Source: Lama glama (Eukaryota). Taken from it: a stretch of DNA of 64,000 bases. Position numbers and translations under genes: made by a program. The stretch is taken from assembly GCA_028534125.1 (NCBI GenBank), contig CM052818.1:11410001-11474000 (forward strand), in the 5' to 3' direction. This document shows, one piece after another, positions 1 to 12,765 of this stretch (positions are counted from its first letter, which is position 1; each line of letters starts with the position of its first letter). The notes below the pieces were generated by a model, which saw only the letters and a list, made by a program, of their open reading frames with translations, ran no database searches and was not told the DNA's origin.

Positions 1-1288
1 AGAGGAGAAGAGTTCCCGCCTTACGGCCTTGTCTCCTGGCACAAAGGGGTAACACGTGCGAGGCCCTGACAGTGGGTCCATGCAAGGATTAGATGTTAAG
101 CTGCAGGATCAGAAACACTCCTGACGATTCTGCAGTAATGCTCATTTCTGCCACTCAATTCCCCTCCTCCTTCACAAAGAGTAGACCTCAAACAGCTGGT
201 CCAGGCATCCCGAAACTGAAACGCACGCCTGGGGCGTTCCTTCCTCTCGGGAGCAGAGTAAGAGAAGAGCAGCGAAAGGAACACCCCAAGTCCTTCCTGC
301 CATCGCTGTTACACTTTCCAAAGCCCATCAGCACGTGTGTGTCCCTTTCCGAGATGCCCTGTGTTCTGTCTGAGGCTCTCGGAGCTGATGTCCGTAACTG
401 GTACGTCTGGATTTAGAAAGTACCAAACTAAAAGCAAAACAAGAGATGCAAAATTAAGAAAAAACTTCCCAAAGGGTGAGGAAATATAATGAGATCAAGG
501 AGAAAAGGGGGCCACACCACTGAAATTGCTTCATCCCAGAGATCACCACAAAGCAAGAGCTGGTAAATGCATTCTGACTTCCAAATGGACAATTCCTCAT
601 AAAGTTGAACTCTTGGACTCAAAATAAGGTGTTGGTGGTGCCTTCAGACATTATCCATCTGACTAGCCATGGGGAAAGTAATGATTTTGCAAAGTAAAAA
701 ACCTGGGAGGTTGCTACATCCTGAAAAGATATACAGTACTATGTGTCATCTGATTTTGATGCGATTTCTAGAAAGAGAAAGGTAAGTTAAAAATAGAGAT
801 TCCGTTTGAATGCATGATTCCTCCTGCCTTTGTCTGGAGTCCAGAAACGACAGCGTGTTCTCCCCATTCACTGCTGCAGCAGTGTTTTTACATGAAGTTT
901 GAAACCACGTGCGCTGCCAAGGCACCCCTGCAGGAAGGTAAGCCCATTCCTTCCATCTATCACACAGCCTTTGGACTTGTTTTACTTAAGGGCTTGTCAT
1001 TTCAGTGGGGAGGAAGATCTACGGAATACAGCCACGTGGAGTTTTATTCCTTCCTGCTGTTTGTGATAAACTTCAGGGGACATATTTAACATTCAACAAA
1101 AAATGAAATTTCTGGGGCCACCCCAGCAGGAGGATAATATCGGTGCTCCAACAGCAACACTGAGCTCTAAGACACTGCCAAACAGTCCAGGCGCAGAATG
1201 GGCCAATACGCATCATTCCGGGGGCGAGGTGGGGGGGTGGAATTCTACAAGCTTCTTGGTGCTAATCTACAGCTCATCCCCATGCTAG

Positions 1289-1333
1289 TATTATTATTAT
1301 TATTACTACTATCATCTTGTTATGATTATTATT
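1289..1333. repeat. Degenerate (TAT)n microsatellite
   Basis: tattattattattattactactat...tatgattattatt. Confidence 0.8.
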
Positions 1334-1722
1334 GCTCTTTGTCTTCCTAGGAACAATCTCCTCTAGGAAAAGCCATTCACCTCTGGCAGGGTAGTCATTC
1401 TTCTGGATCATAGGGTATCATTCTGCCAGCTTCTCAGAGTTGCTAAATTGCTGAGTAAACCATGGGAGTTTGGGCTTCATGCCTGGAGGAGGCACAGCTG
1501 GGGATGGGCTCTGGGTGCAGGCCTCCCCCGTCCTCCTCTGTCCCTTTGGCCACATTCCCTACAACCTGAAAGAAGAAGCAAAGTTGTCAGAACCCAGCTT
1601 TGTTTTCAAAATCACTTCAACCATCACTTCTGAGGACCCAGTAAGACCCAAGTCTGTGCTTGGGCTTGCAGGAGATAAAGAGATTCCAAGTTTTGGAAGT
1701 CAAGGTTGAGGCATACTAAATT

Positions 1723-1765
1723 CACAGACACACAGACACACAGACACACACACACAGACACACAC

Positions 1766-1829
<64 letters not shown>
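1723..1829. repeat. (CA)n / (CACAGA)n microsatellite, about 105 bp
   Basis: Direct reading of an interrupted CA run; it explains the CVCVCV ORF. Confidence 0.97.
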
Positions 1830-1831
<2 letters not shown>

Positions 1832-2714
1832 CATCAGGCCTGAGAGAGCACAGGGTAGAAATGTCCTCAGGCTCTCCTGTTCTTAGAAATGGGTTGGAAC
1901 ATCCCTAGCAGAGCCCTTGGGAAAGTGCATTTGCTGGGACATTAACCAAGATATTTGGAGTTCTCACTTTTCTGCTGCAAGTAGGAGCACAGAGACAATG
2001 TTAATTGCAAGAAAATGAGCAAAGAAGCGGATTTTAACTTTCATGCTCTGACAGGGCTGGAGAGGGAGATTAGCAGGGAAGTACAAAGGCAAATGCAGGA
2101 GGCCGTCTCCTGCCCCCTCGGGAGGAGATGAGCATCGCAGGATTTGCTGCAGAGGCCCACGGCCAGCACAATCTATTAAATAGCTCAAGTTAGTCAATGT
2201 GGAAGAAATTTTTAGACACACATGCCCAACCATATGTGCATGGCCAAGATTTAAAATAGAAAAGTGAGAGACTGTTGGATGACTGAGGATTTTTCCCTTG
2301 CCAGGAAGTCCTCCTTAAGGATTTCATAGCTTGCAAAAGAGAATTGCTCGCCAGACAAGCCAAGAAAAAGACACAGAAGACTGGGACCTGCTTCCTTAAT
2401 GATGAAATGTCACACCGCTATGTAAATCGACCCGAAGAAAAGAGGCACGCATGATTAAGATGGCTTTGCAGAAACAGGAGAGGTTTCTCGACATCTCTTC
2501 CCTAAACTGCTTTAATTCCTCACACCTCAGGGCTGGAGACACACACACAATGGGACCGTATGGGCAACTGTGCTAGGCAATAAAGCAACGCCTTTGTCAT
2601 AGAAATTCTATGTTGTAATGAAAAATTACACTGTCTGGCCCCCATTCCTGAGGGGCAAATTCCCTGTTTGTCAAGTTCTTAGAAGATCAAAGAGCTACCC
2701 CACTGGGTTTCAGG

Positions 2715-2752
2715 GTGTATGTGTGCATGTGTGTGTGTATGTGTGTGCATGT
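2715..2752. repeat. Degenerate (TG)n tract
   Basis: gtgtatgtgtgcatgtgtgtgtgtatgtgtgtgcatgt. Confidence 0.8.
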
Positions 2753-3324
2753 TTCACGTATGTAGAATGAAATGAAAAAATTAGATAGATCCCATTAGTC
2801 TCAAGAGAATCAGCTTTATTAATTTTCAGTTCACCAAATAGTTGTTTATTAAGTGACATGTAATCACCAAACCCCCATCTCAGCAAATCTGTGCCTCAGT
2901 TCCTCTTCCTGCCTCCCCTCCAGCCTATTTCCTCCCCTTCTTCCTGTGCCCACAGGGAAGAACCACAGAGGGCCCGCCCTTCCCCAGCACGGCATCAGAA
3001 ACACTGGCGCAGCCTATGACAGCCAAGGTTTTGTCATGTCATCACTCAATGCCTATGCTTGAGAACATTCTCGTCAGTTTCGAGGGAAGGGTGGTTTGGG
3101 TACAGCATAAAAATAAAGCTCTGCTCGCACACCTTGGCAGCTTTGATACTTCAGGCTGACTCTCGAGTCATGTGCTGTAATTTATGGGTTTCAGAAGAAT
3201 CGCAATCCTATCTTCTAGAAGTTCCTTATCCCAGGAAGCTTCCTCCTAAATTGTACCATCAATTTTCAGTTCACTTAGATTCTTATAATTTTATGACTGG
3301 AGGGGGCTTCAGAATTGGTTTAAT

Positions 3325-3405
3325 CAAATTCTGCCATTTCACAGAAGAGAAAGGTGAGGCCCTGAAATGTTAAGTGAGTACATTTCTTAGAGTACAAAGC
3401 TACTT
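3325..3405 (-). mobile_element. MIR SINE fragment
   Basis: ccatttcacagaagagaaaggtgaggccctgaaatgttaagtga resembles the reverse MIR core. Confidence 0.7.
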
Positions 3406-4334
3406 GATTGGACAGTCAGTCTGAGTTTTGCGGTCCTTCTACTCTTTGTCTTCTTAATACCACCCCGGACTTCAGTATCATACTCTGTAATTAACCCTTC
3501 CATATTTCCAGGAATGCTATGAATAGCTGTACCAAAAATCAGCCTGTTTAAAGTTTAGCCTATCAAAGCAAGGGTGATCTCCAATGACCCATGGGGGAAA
3601 AAAGAATTTTCCACTACAGAAAAAAAGGGAAGATGATTAGCTGCTGCTGAGAAATCTAACCTGGATAGTCTGAGTTGCATTCAATATCATAAGCACATTA
3701 CTAATTCATGCCAGGAACAGTCTTGTATTATGAAGAAAATATTAATATGATGAAAGACTAGCTCATGGACCACCTGGAGAATACCTGTCAATCGTTAAGT
3801 GTCTCCACACAGCAACGGGAGTGGCTGCTTCATAGGCAGTGATGCGCCTTCCATACTCCTCCCCTGGGACACACCCCCGAATCATCCCCTCCACCAACAT
3901 CAGCAGCTAACTTTGGTGTGTCTTCTATAGAAAGCATCAACTAAGTGCCAGGAACTGAAAGCCTTCATTTACATCCCAGCTCTAAGGGTGATAAAAAATG
4001 GAACTCAGCCACTTTCTTCCCAGAGAGACAGGAGAACGACTTCAAAGAGTACCACTTCATGCTAGAAGATGATGCCATGGTAACCCCAGGGAGACTCATT
4101 CTGTCGTCTTCTAATCACACCATCAGTATCTCTAACCCATGGGCCATATTTCTGACCTCCATCTTTCTTGTCAGCTTCGAAATACTCTTTTGGGGTGCAT
4201 TTGGGGAAGGCTTCTAAACCCCTAACAATCTGGGGCTCTCTCTCTCTTGAGGAATCTCATAACCAAGCCATACAACTTGCATTTATATCCCTTTGTTTTT
4301 CTATCCTGCCTTTCCCAAACAGTGCGGGGCACTG

Positions 4335-4505
4335 GGAGAAGTAGTGCAGGGCAGGCAATTCAGAAAATTGGGTTCCAGTTTTGACACCTTAACTAATTAC
4401 ACAGCTTTGAAAGAGTCACTTGGTCTTTCTGGGCCTTGGTTTCATCATCTGCAAAATGGAAGCACTGAAGGAGATGAACTCAAATGTTTCTGGCGGCTTT
4501 AGTAT
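4335..4505 (+). mobile_element. MIR SINE fragment
   Basis: ttgggttccag...agtcacttggtctttctgggccttggtttcatcatctgcaaaatgg, MIR core. Confidence 0.75.
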
Positions 4506-6357
4506 TCTGGGAACTTTTTATAGCACAGAACTATGCTAAAGATAGGATGTCAGACATCACAAAGTCCCTGGAAGACATGGCTTAAAATTCTCTTAATTAC
4601 AGTGTCTAACAAATCTTGAGTCCCCAGCAAATAATCAGATGTCAAGGGAAAGAATCCCAGCACAATGTCTTGCCCTGCAAGTTGCTGTGAACTACTAATG
4701 TCAAGTCCTAGTGATGGTACTTGAGTTACTGTGTGTACTCAGGTAATTACTGCATGTAATTTGCAAATATGCAACAGCATGTACCTTGCAACAATAAGGG
4801 TAACAATACAGTTGATAACAACCTAGACTTGCATGAGATGATTTTACTTAGAGTTTCAAAGTGTTTCATAAACATTGGCTCATCTATTTTCTGAATACAA
4901 AAAACGCAAAGTACAGCTGGGGACAGAGAACGGGAGGGAGTGAAGAATACATCCAGACTTTGGAGATGGACAATCGAGGCCCTGACAAAAGTCCTGATTT
5001 CCCCTGGGTAACACAAAGTCAGAAACAAACGTGGGAACACAGACCCAGATTCTGGGTGTGCAGCCTGCAGCTCAGAACACAAGCCCACCCCAGCTGGGCT
5101 CTCTAGTTTGCAGTACAAAGTTTATGACACGGCATTACCCAGGCACTTTAGAGTGTCAATTTCCTTTACAATTTTATAAAATATCATTTGGAAGTAGGAA
5201 GAAATTTATGCTTGTGCACTAAGAGCACGCCTGTCTGCCCAACCTCTTGGGATAAGAGTTGGTTTCACCTGAACAGAGTTGCAAATATGAGGCACACACT
5301 CGGTGCTGAGAAAGCCGTGGGGTTTGTTTTTAATTTAAAGAACGGCTCTGATTTGGCTACACATTTTAAGCAGGCACGGTATAATACAAATCCACTGAAT
5401 TCACTCAGACAGGAGCAAGTTATGCCATCCTGATACTGTCTAGAAACCAGATGTATAGTTACTGTTTTCTTTCTCTTTCCTTTTTTTTTTTCCCCCTCTC
5501 TCTTGCCGCACAAAATTAGTTCCTCGGATACCAAGATGCTAGAGGCTCATTGTCTTGCAAAATATTCAGGTGCCTCACGATGATCTACAATAATAAACCT
5601 CCAGTGCTAGAGCAAAACAGAGATAAAAATGTGAAAATATATATATGCATGTATACATAAAATGAAATATAGATGCGGTGTGAGAGTGAAATCACCAGCA
5701 CAAAGAGGAAGCAGGTAGGAGGCAGGAAGATAGCTTCCCTTCCAATCATGTGAACTGAAAAATAGAATGGATGCTCATTAAAGTAGTTTACCAGGACTCC
5801 AATTTGTTCTGTGATTAAGAGGTATTGGTTGGAGGAGATTGGTGGGGGAGATCAATATACTTGTCTTCACTCTTAATTCTTCTTTAATGTCTCTGTCTCC
5901 ACAGGGCAGCCGACTCAGAGATGTAGAGTCAATTTTTATCCACCAGGGGGCTGCACTTCAGGAAAGAAACAAAAAACAAAAAACCCTAAACTCAAAAACA
6001 CAAAGATGGTTTGGGCTACAGCAGATAAATCAGGTTGACACCCAGCAGATAAATCAGGCCGTCCTCAAACTCCCAACTTTTGTTCAACTGCTGTCTTGTT
6101 TCTGGCCAGCAGATGTGACAGGGATGAGACACGGAGGATGGACAGAGTCATGGAGAAAGTTACTCCTTGATGTTGAAATGAGACGATGGTGTAAAGCACC
6201 TGACAGGCACTTGCACACCAACCCATCCCCGAGGTTATTCTTCCGCAACTCAAGGGAAAGGAGTTCTTACCTAAACCTCAGTGGTGCCATCATCTAAGGC
6301 CCGTAGTAACCAGATCCACCTTCCTCTTTCCAGGCCTCCAAGGTTAGACGTCTCTGG

Positions 6358-6576
6358 AAGTGCCTCTTAGCCAGGCATGATTCTGCCCTCGAGGGCACAT
6401 GTGCAATGTGTCAGGGGACACTTTTGATTGTGGCGACTAGGGGAAGGAGGGCTACTGGCATCTAGTGGATAGAGGCCAGGGACACTGCTAAACATCGTAC
6501 AGTGCACAGGACAGCCTCCCACAGCAAAGAATTACCCAGCTCGAAATGCGCATAGCTTTGGGACTGAGGAGCCCTG
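6358..6576 (+). mobile_element. MER20 (hAT-Charlie MITE), near full length
   Basis: gattctgccc..ggcacatgtgcaatgt..gctactggcatctagtggatagaggccagggacactgctaaacatc..cacaggacagcc..aagaattacccagc..gagccctg follows the MER20 consensus. Confidence 0.9.
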
Positions 6577-6849
6577 CTCCACAGTGATAGGCGTGTCTTG
6601 ATGCTTCCACCCAAGTGGCTGATGGCACAGCTCCTGAACTCTGGATCCTTGACACAGCATTATTTTAACACTGTGAAATGTAGAATTTCTCCTGCTTCAC
6701 AATGTGTATGTCACATAGATCTAAGTATAGGGCCATGCTCTCTGTCACAGCTTTTCAAAAAGAGTTGGAGGTGGTTGATTCAGGGGACTGCAAGGGGCTG
6801 AGAGGGTGGAAAGGAGTTGATTTTTTTGTTATTAGAAGCCTTCTGCACC

Positions 6850-7277
6850 TGTAGTTTTATGTGAATGCCAAAGGCTGTGTGTTCATGAAAACCTGTTCCA
6901 TTTCCTGAATACATGGACAACAATTCCCAGACTGCTTTGTAGTTGGATGGCCATGTGACTGAGTCTTAGCCAATAAAATGTGAAAGGAAGTAACAGAAGA
7001 ATTTCTAGGTCTGACTCAAAAGTTTATCACAAGATCCTTTACCCTTCTTCTTTCCCTGACTCCTGGTCATATACCAGAGTCCCAGCAAAAGAATCCAAGG
7101 CTGAAAGGGTTCATGGTTCTGGCAAATGAAAGGAGCCCAGGTCCCTGAAGGACTACAATGAAGACCACTTGTTAACCAGCAACACTTGCACTGGACTTTA
7201 TGTGAATAAGAAATAAAAGAACCCACTGAGAGTTGGGGATGGTTACATCTGGCATTACTTAGCTTAAATTAATATAG
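6850..7277 (+). mobile_element. MLT1 (ERVL-MaLR) solo LTR, old subfamily (I/J-like)
   Basis: ttcccagactgctttgtagttggatggccatgtgactgagtcttagccaataaaatgtga and aaggagcccaggtccctga...tggactttatgtgaataagaaataaa. Confidence 0.8.
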
Positions 7278-7829
7278 CATGCACGTATCATTCTAACTTA
7301 AAAATGATAATTCAAATACAAATAATTAAAAGTTAGTTTAAAAACTTCTGTGGAAAGCATGCTGCTGTCAAGTTTCTCTTCCAAACTTTCTATAATGCCA
7401 CTGGGCTGCAATCAGGAGCAAGCCCATGAATTCTCTGATGAGGCATAATAATCCCTGCAGACAGAAGCGACCTCGGATTTTAAAGTTCTCATGGAAGACA
7501 AGAGACTTTAGCCAGCATGGCAAGTCCTGGTAATTCCTGTCACAGGAAGGTAGAGTAAGCACCAGGGGTGCCACTTCTTGGGAATAGAGCCAAAAAAAAA
7601 AAAAAAAAAAAAGGCTGGCCTATACTTCACAATGTCCAGGGGGATTTTGAAGCTGCCATTGCATATGTAAGCACACGAACTCTCCATCTGATGTCTTCTG
7701 CCCAAGGACTATCTACAGGATTTATTAAGCTCTGCCACTGAACATGTACTTAAATTTTGTCTCCCTTCAAAATGTAAAAGCCCCAATAGTAGAAAATACT
7801 TTGCACAGGGCAGATATTGTTTTAAAAGT

Positions 7830-7990
7830 GCACAGGAGGATGACTCTGGGAAATCTGGGTTCTAATTCTGGCTCTGTCACCAAACTAACTTGGTCAAAAG
7901 GCATGACCACCCTGGAAGTATTTCCCTCATCTGTAAAATGAGAGTATTGGAATAGAACAGGTGAATGTCAAAGACATTCTAGCAGAAGAT
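7830..7990 (+). mobile_element. MIR SINE fragment
   Basis: ctgggttctaattctggctctgtcac...tttccctcatctgtaaaatgag. Confidence 0.8.
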
Positions 7991-10299
7991 GTGTCTCCTT
8001 TAGTTCGTTACTTTGCCAACCTTGAATCCTTCATAAATGTTCAGTGTAAGAATGAAAGCACCACTGTGCTTGGAGCACAGGGTAGGAAATGTGGGCGGCA
8101 GTGGACCAGCTAAGCTCAGCACTAAACTCCAAAAAGCTCTAAAACTCAGAACTCGTTTTGCTTGCAGAGTGAGAAGGGACTGAAGGGGGATGGGGATGGA
8201 GGGAAGAGGGAAGCAAGAGAGGATGAATGGCAAGTGTGGGGAAGGCATGCTTAGCCTCATTCACAACTGGACGTGATGTGGGCTCTGGCTGCCACTTAAG
8301 CAAATGGTTGTTTGCATTCCTCAATGCTGAAGGCGAACAAATGATGGTCCATCAGCAAAGATACAGCACATGAGGGTCTGGATAACCACCTGTGGCTGGC
8401 TGGGCAATCTGATAAAATACATGTATGACATTTCAGAGACGTGTAAGTCTCTGTGTGTAATGCAATGCCCACTTCAGCCCAAACTTCTGAACTTGCAGCA
8501 GATGCACACGGCTCAGATGGCTTAGTTAATCCCCTTCACAAGGAGAGGGCAGGGGGTGGTGTGAGGGGGCAGGGTCCAGACAGGGAAAAGAACCACGGAT
8601 GCAACACAGAGACCTGCCTCTTTCCATAATCCCCACATAAATCCCCTTCAAGCATCTCTCCCTTCAAAAGATGAGCACACTTATCAAACCATCAAGAAAG
8701 GGGAAAAAACAAAACCAAACAACAACAACAACAAAAACCCCCACTTCCTTTCCTGAAATGTGTGCTAAATTCAGGGACCCAGGTCTAAAACTGTATCCCC
8801 AAGATCAGCCCAAAGCTGGCCAAACATGATGTTTCTATTTGAAAGTTTTAACCTGCCTGAGAAAGAAGTTCTTACTTCACAAACTCAAATGCGCTGATTA
8901 AAAGTGAGTGCCACAAACACACACTCCAATTCCATCAAGAGCAAGTCAGAACCCACACCCGAGTTAACAGGAAACTCGGTGGAGGAGAGTCAGAGTCGCC
9001 ACTGAAACAAAAGCCCGTGCTCTGAATGCCAGCTCAGCAGGCAGCGCTCGCCTTTTCAATGGGACTCGCTCTTTGATGTGTGTTTTTTAACCGCGACTTT
9101 CATGTGGTGACGGAAGAAGCTAGGAGCAAGGTGGTAGCATTATGTGAAGACCAATGCTTTCCGATGCCCTTTGCCCTGCAACAGCACCAGGCAGACAAAG
9201 CAGAACCACGCAGCCGGGAGAAGCCTCCCTGTTTTTTAAAGAATATCTGTGCTAGCAGAATCTAACAGGGTGAGAAGGAGCATGCTCTTCAATGGCAGGA
9301 AAAAAATTTTGGTGGGGCCACTTAGAGAGAGAGATTTTGTTTAAAATGAGAGTTCACTTACAGCCTCACTTGGATCATAACCCAGATTAAAATTATCTGT
9401 GTCCAATTAGCTTAAAATAAAATGTCTCTGTGTGTGGCCAGTCTTTTACACACTTATTTTCAGGAGAAGTCCCGGAACCTGGAGCCTTGGGAAACTATAC
9501 AGGTGTGTCTTATTTTGCATAATCCAGACATTCTGGGGAAGCTGAGTGGAAGTGAAGTGGTATTTTTACAGATGAGGCACAGGCCACTTTTAAAGCCTGT
9601 CACTGAAAACTCTAGGTTTTGACGGGTAAACAGAACTTATGATACTTCTGATTTTGCCTAAGGAGGCTGATTTAACCCGAGGGATGTGAGCCCACTGTTT
9701 AGGGGACTCTTAAGGCAGCAAACGCCTACGGGGGAGCTTTTTAAGGCCACAAGAGGAAGGAGTCGGAAAGCACCTAATGCCATTAGGTAACTCTTAGCTG
9801 CTTCATGGAACCACATACCACAGGACATTTTGTAGAACTGGGATGGTGGCTGTCTGTGCTGAGGAGCCCTGAGAGGGGGAGGGGTACTGTGTCCATACAG
9901 CAGGATGGGATGTGATTCCGGGTTACATTCCCGCAGAGCCCACGCTCCCTGAAAGCCGAGAGTTCAGAAGGTGGTGGTCAAACGTGGTCCCCTTAGCTGG
10001 CACGAGAGACGCTCAGGCGGAGCAAAGAGCCCCTCATGTCCTCAGGGGCCTTGAGAGCTGGAAACCAACCGTTCAGAGCTGGACTGGTAAGAAAGCCGAA
10101 CAAGTGGGAAGAAGACAAGATGAGGAAGAAGAAAAGGAAGAGCAGGAGAGGAGGAGACAAAGCCGCAGGACTCTTCAATATATAACACTAAAGCCTGAAG
10201 GGACACGTGACTGAACTCGTGATTTTTTAAAGGACTGGTTACACATGAACCATGAACAACACCCTGGCCGTTAGTATTAGGCATCTGCCCACATCCCTT

Positions 10300-10575
10300 G
10301 CCCTATGCTCCATCCCATGAAGCTGAAGGAAAGTATTTTTAGAGCAAATAAAAGAAAATACTACTTTTTACAGAAAGCAGCAAAATGAGTCACCAAGAGA
10401 TGGCTAATTGAAAGCTGGAAAAGATATTTTGGATATTTCTCCATTATTTATTACGCCCAGTAAGCCACTGATGATACTGAAGTTGTAACAGACTTTCCAG
10501 ATTTTTGGAGCACACCTCCATTCTTCTAATGACAACAGCCTATGCTCTATAAGCCCCTGTGATGGCATTGATCCC
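10300..10575 (+). mobile_element. CR1/L3-type LINE 3' remnant
   Basis: cccatgaagctgaaggaaagtatttttagagcaaataaaagaaaatactactttttacag resembles the CR1 ORF2 C-terminal region (G..F.T..RK.FFT). Confidence 0.6.
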
Positions 10576-11192
10576 ACCATATTTCAGCAGGTTTTAGAGT
10601 TCCCACTTGTGAAGCACTAAAGGTGGCTCCTGCCCACCTTCCAGGCACCCCCACCCCCGGTCCCACCGGCACCACAGGAGGGTGCCTGGACATTCCCAGT
10701 TCTGCCTGCCCTCCCACCCAGACACCAGCTTTCGCTCCCTGCAGCCTCTGGGCAACTCTGACCTCACTTGTGAAACACAGCCCAGCTCTCCCCTTTCCTA
10801 GATCACCCTCACTGACTCCCTCCTTGGTTAAGGGCTCTCTCCTGCACATCCTCAGCCTCTAGAAGTTACCCTCCCCTGGCACACGTCCAGAGAAACTGCA
10901 ACTACCTCTTTAAGTGTCCATCCCTGGCCAGCCTGGGAGCATTCTGGGGGTGGGGAGTGGGCCTTCGGCTATGTTGTCCCAGTGCCCTGCACAGTACCAG
11001 GCAGGCACCCACCTGTTACTGCTCAGAACTCACTGCCACAGAGGAGCCAGCAGGTGGCTCCACTGCATCCCTTTGCTGCCCCATCTGGAGGCATCCTCTG
11101 ACCCAAGCCAACGCATTTTACACTCCAAAAGCATGGAGCCCAGCAGTATGATGGGTTCGCCCATCTTTTTCGCCCCTGTTTGATGGGCTGTT

Positions 11193-11294
11193 CTTCATGA
11201 AGAAGGTAAAAGCAAGAAAGCGAATTAAATGGACAAATATCCTACTTCAGATTTGGATATTATATTGTCTTCAGCAAAGTGTTTCTAATGTTCT
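11193..11294 (+). repeat. 102-bp dispersed direct repeat, copy 1
   Basis: 99/102 identical to 11948-12049 by manual alignment. Confidence 0.97.
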
Positions 11295-11947
11295 GTGTTA
11301 TAGAAGACCATCCACTGCCCACAGAAATGAAATGTCGGCACAAGCTTTACATTAAGTGAAGTGACACAAAACTGGAGAGAGGGTTTCTTGTGGTTTGAGG
11401 AAGGACAACTGAGGAGAGCTTCATTTAATGTTAAATAGTAAATACACAGACATCCAGGGACTCACCAGTGCACTACGGGGTCCCCAAACTCATTTCAAAC
11501 CCACACAGTGAAGCTATCAGGAAAAAAATGGATATTTTCTCTCTGTTCCATGACCATCTGGCTAAAGGGCGCTAAACTCCGCAAAGCTCTTGCATTAGCA
11601 GAAGGCAGCCGATGCTTGGTGGACAACAGATCTTTAAAATGCTGGGCACCTCTGAACAGAAGTCTCCCTCAGGCCTCTACACCTTTCATCATGGCCTTGC
11701 AAAGGGGCTCCTTAAAGTGTGCAGATCCTTAGCCCTTGGTATCGACTGGGCTTTTCTGGTCTAAAGGCTCAGGGATCGAACCCTGCCCCTAGCCCCGCTC
11801 CTATTCTGCCATAGCATCCCCATGGAACCCCAGGGGAAGGTGAGTATATCATATGTTTCTCTGGGGGACAAGGGGAGCTAACTATCCAAAAGCACACTGC
11901 CTACTCAGGACACACTGTGCATTGAAAACACGTAAGTGCTCTTCCGC

Positions 11948-12049
11948 CTTCATGAAGAAAGTAAAAGCAAGAAAGCGAATTAAATGGACAAACATCCTAC
12001 TTCAGATTTGGATATTATATTGTCTTCAGCGAAGTGTTTCTAATGTTCT
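11948..12049 (+). repeat. 102-bp dispersed direct repeat, copy 2
   Basis: 99/102 identical to 11193-11294. Confidence 0.97.
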
Positions 12050-12529
12050 TGAAGCTTGCCAATAATGAAAAGGGTATACCCCCCAATTGAAATCCAAGTA
12101 AATACGCTGTAATTGGTTTAGAGTGCTTTTAATACTAGTGTTCTCACATTTTAAAACTCTTTTTCCCAAGTTTCAATAACATGTTCTTGAAAGATATACT
12201 CTCTAAGTAATTCTTTGTCCTCAGGAAAACACTCAAATCACTTTTTTAAACTGATGGTCTGGCATCCTTCCAGAACTGATTTAGAAGTTATGGCTCACAC
12301 CCCTTGTCTGAGTCGTCTAACCTTGGCACATTCTGAAGTCCCAGGAATAGGGCTGGCAGTTGGGAAGGATGGCTATAAAAAGAGAGAGCTTCTTGTATCC
12401 AGCTCTGTTCAGCAAATTTTGCTTTCATGAAAATCCTAGAGAGTCCAGAAGACATTGCCAAGATACCTACAGGATTGCACTAACCTGTCAGACCATTCCA
12501 CATGCCAGCACCCTTGAAACAATTAAAAT

Positions 12530-12765
12530 CTGTAGAGTGCTTTATAGCCTGTGAACACTTTCATATCCATTATCTTATTTGATCAATATCATAAAGTGGA
12601 AAATATGCAGAGCAAATATGATTACCCCCAATTGACAGATAAAGATACTGAGGCTCAGAGGGAGTTATGTTCAGGGTTACTCAGCTCATTAATGCCTGAG
12701 CTGAGAAAGAAACTCAGTCTCCAGGCAGCCGGTTTTGGTTCTCTTTCCACTGTATCATGCTGCCT
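12530..12765 (-). mobile_element. MIR SINE
   Basis: cactttcatatccattatcttatttgatc...attacccccaattgacagataaagatactgaggctcagag. Confidence 0.85.

Noticed and set aside
1624..1827. Low-complexity ORFs (CV repeats; also 21393-21796 and 37463-37657)
   Set aside because: Translations of microsatellites.
5860..6297. Strong splice acceptor (polypyrimidine + CAG at 5902-5904) within a 152-aa ORF
   Set aside because: No convincing matching donor, no recognisable protein, and the ORF crosses an A-rich low-complexity run.
11835..11846. Consensus splice donors (AAGgtgagt here; CAGgtaaga at about 50588)
   Set aside because: Isolated sites without a supportable exon.
11193..12049. The 102-bp repeats as LTRs of a TRIM or as a CRISPR-like array
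   Set aside because: No TG..CA ends, PBS, PPT or TSD; only two copies; mammalian DNA.
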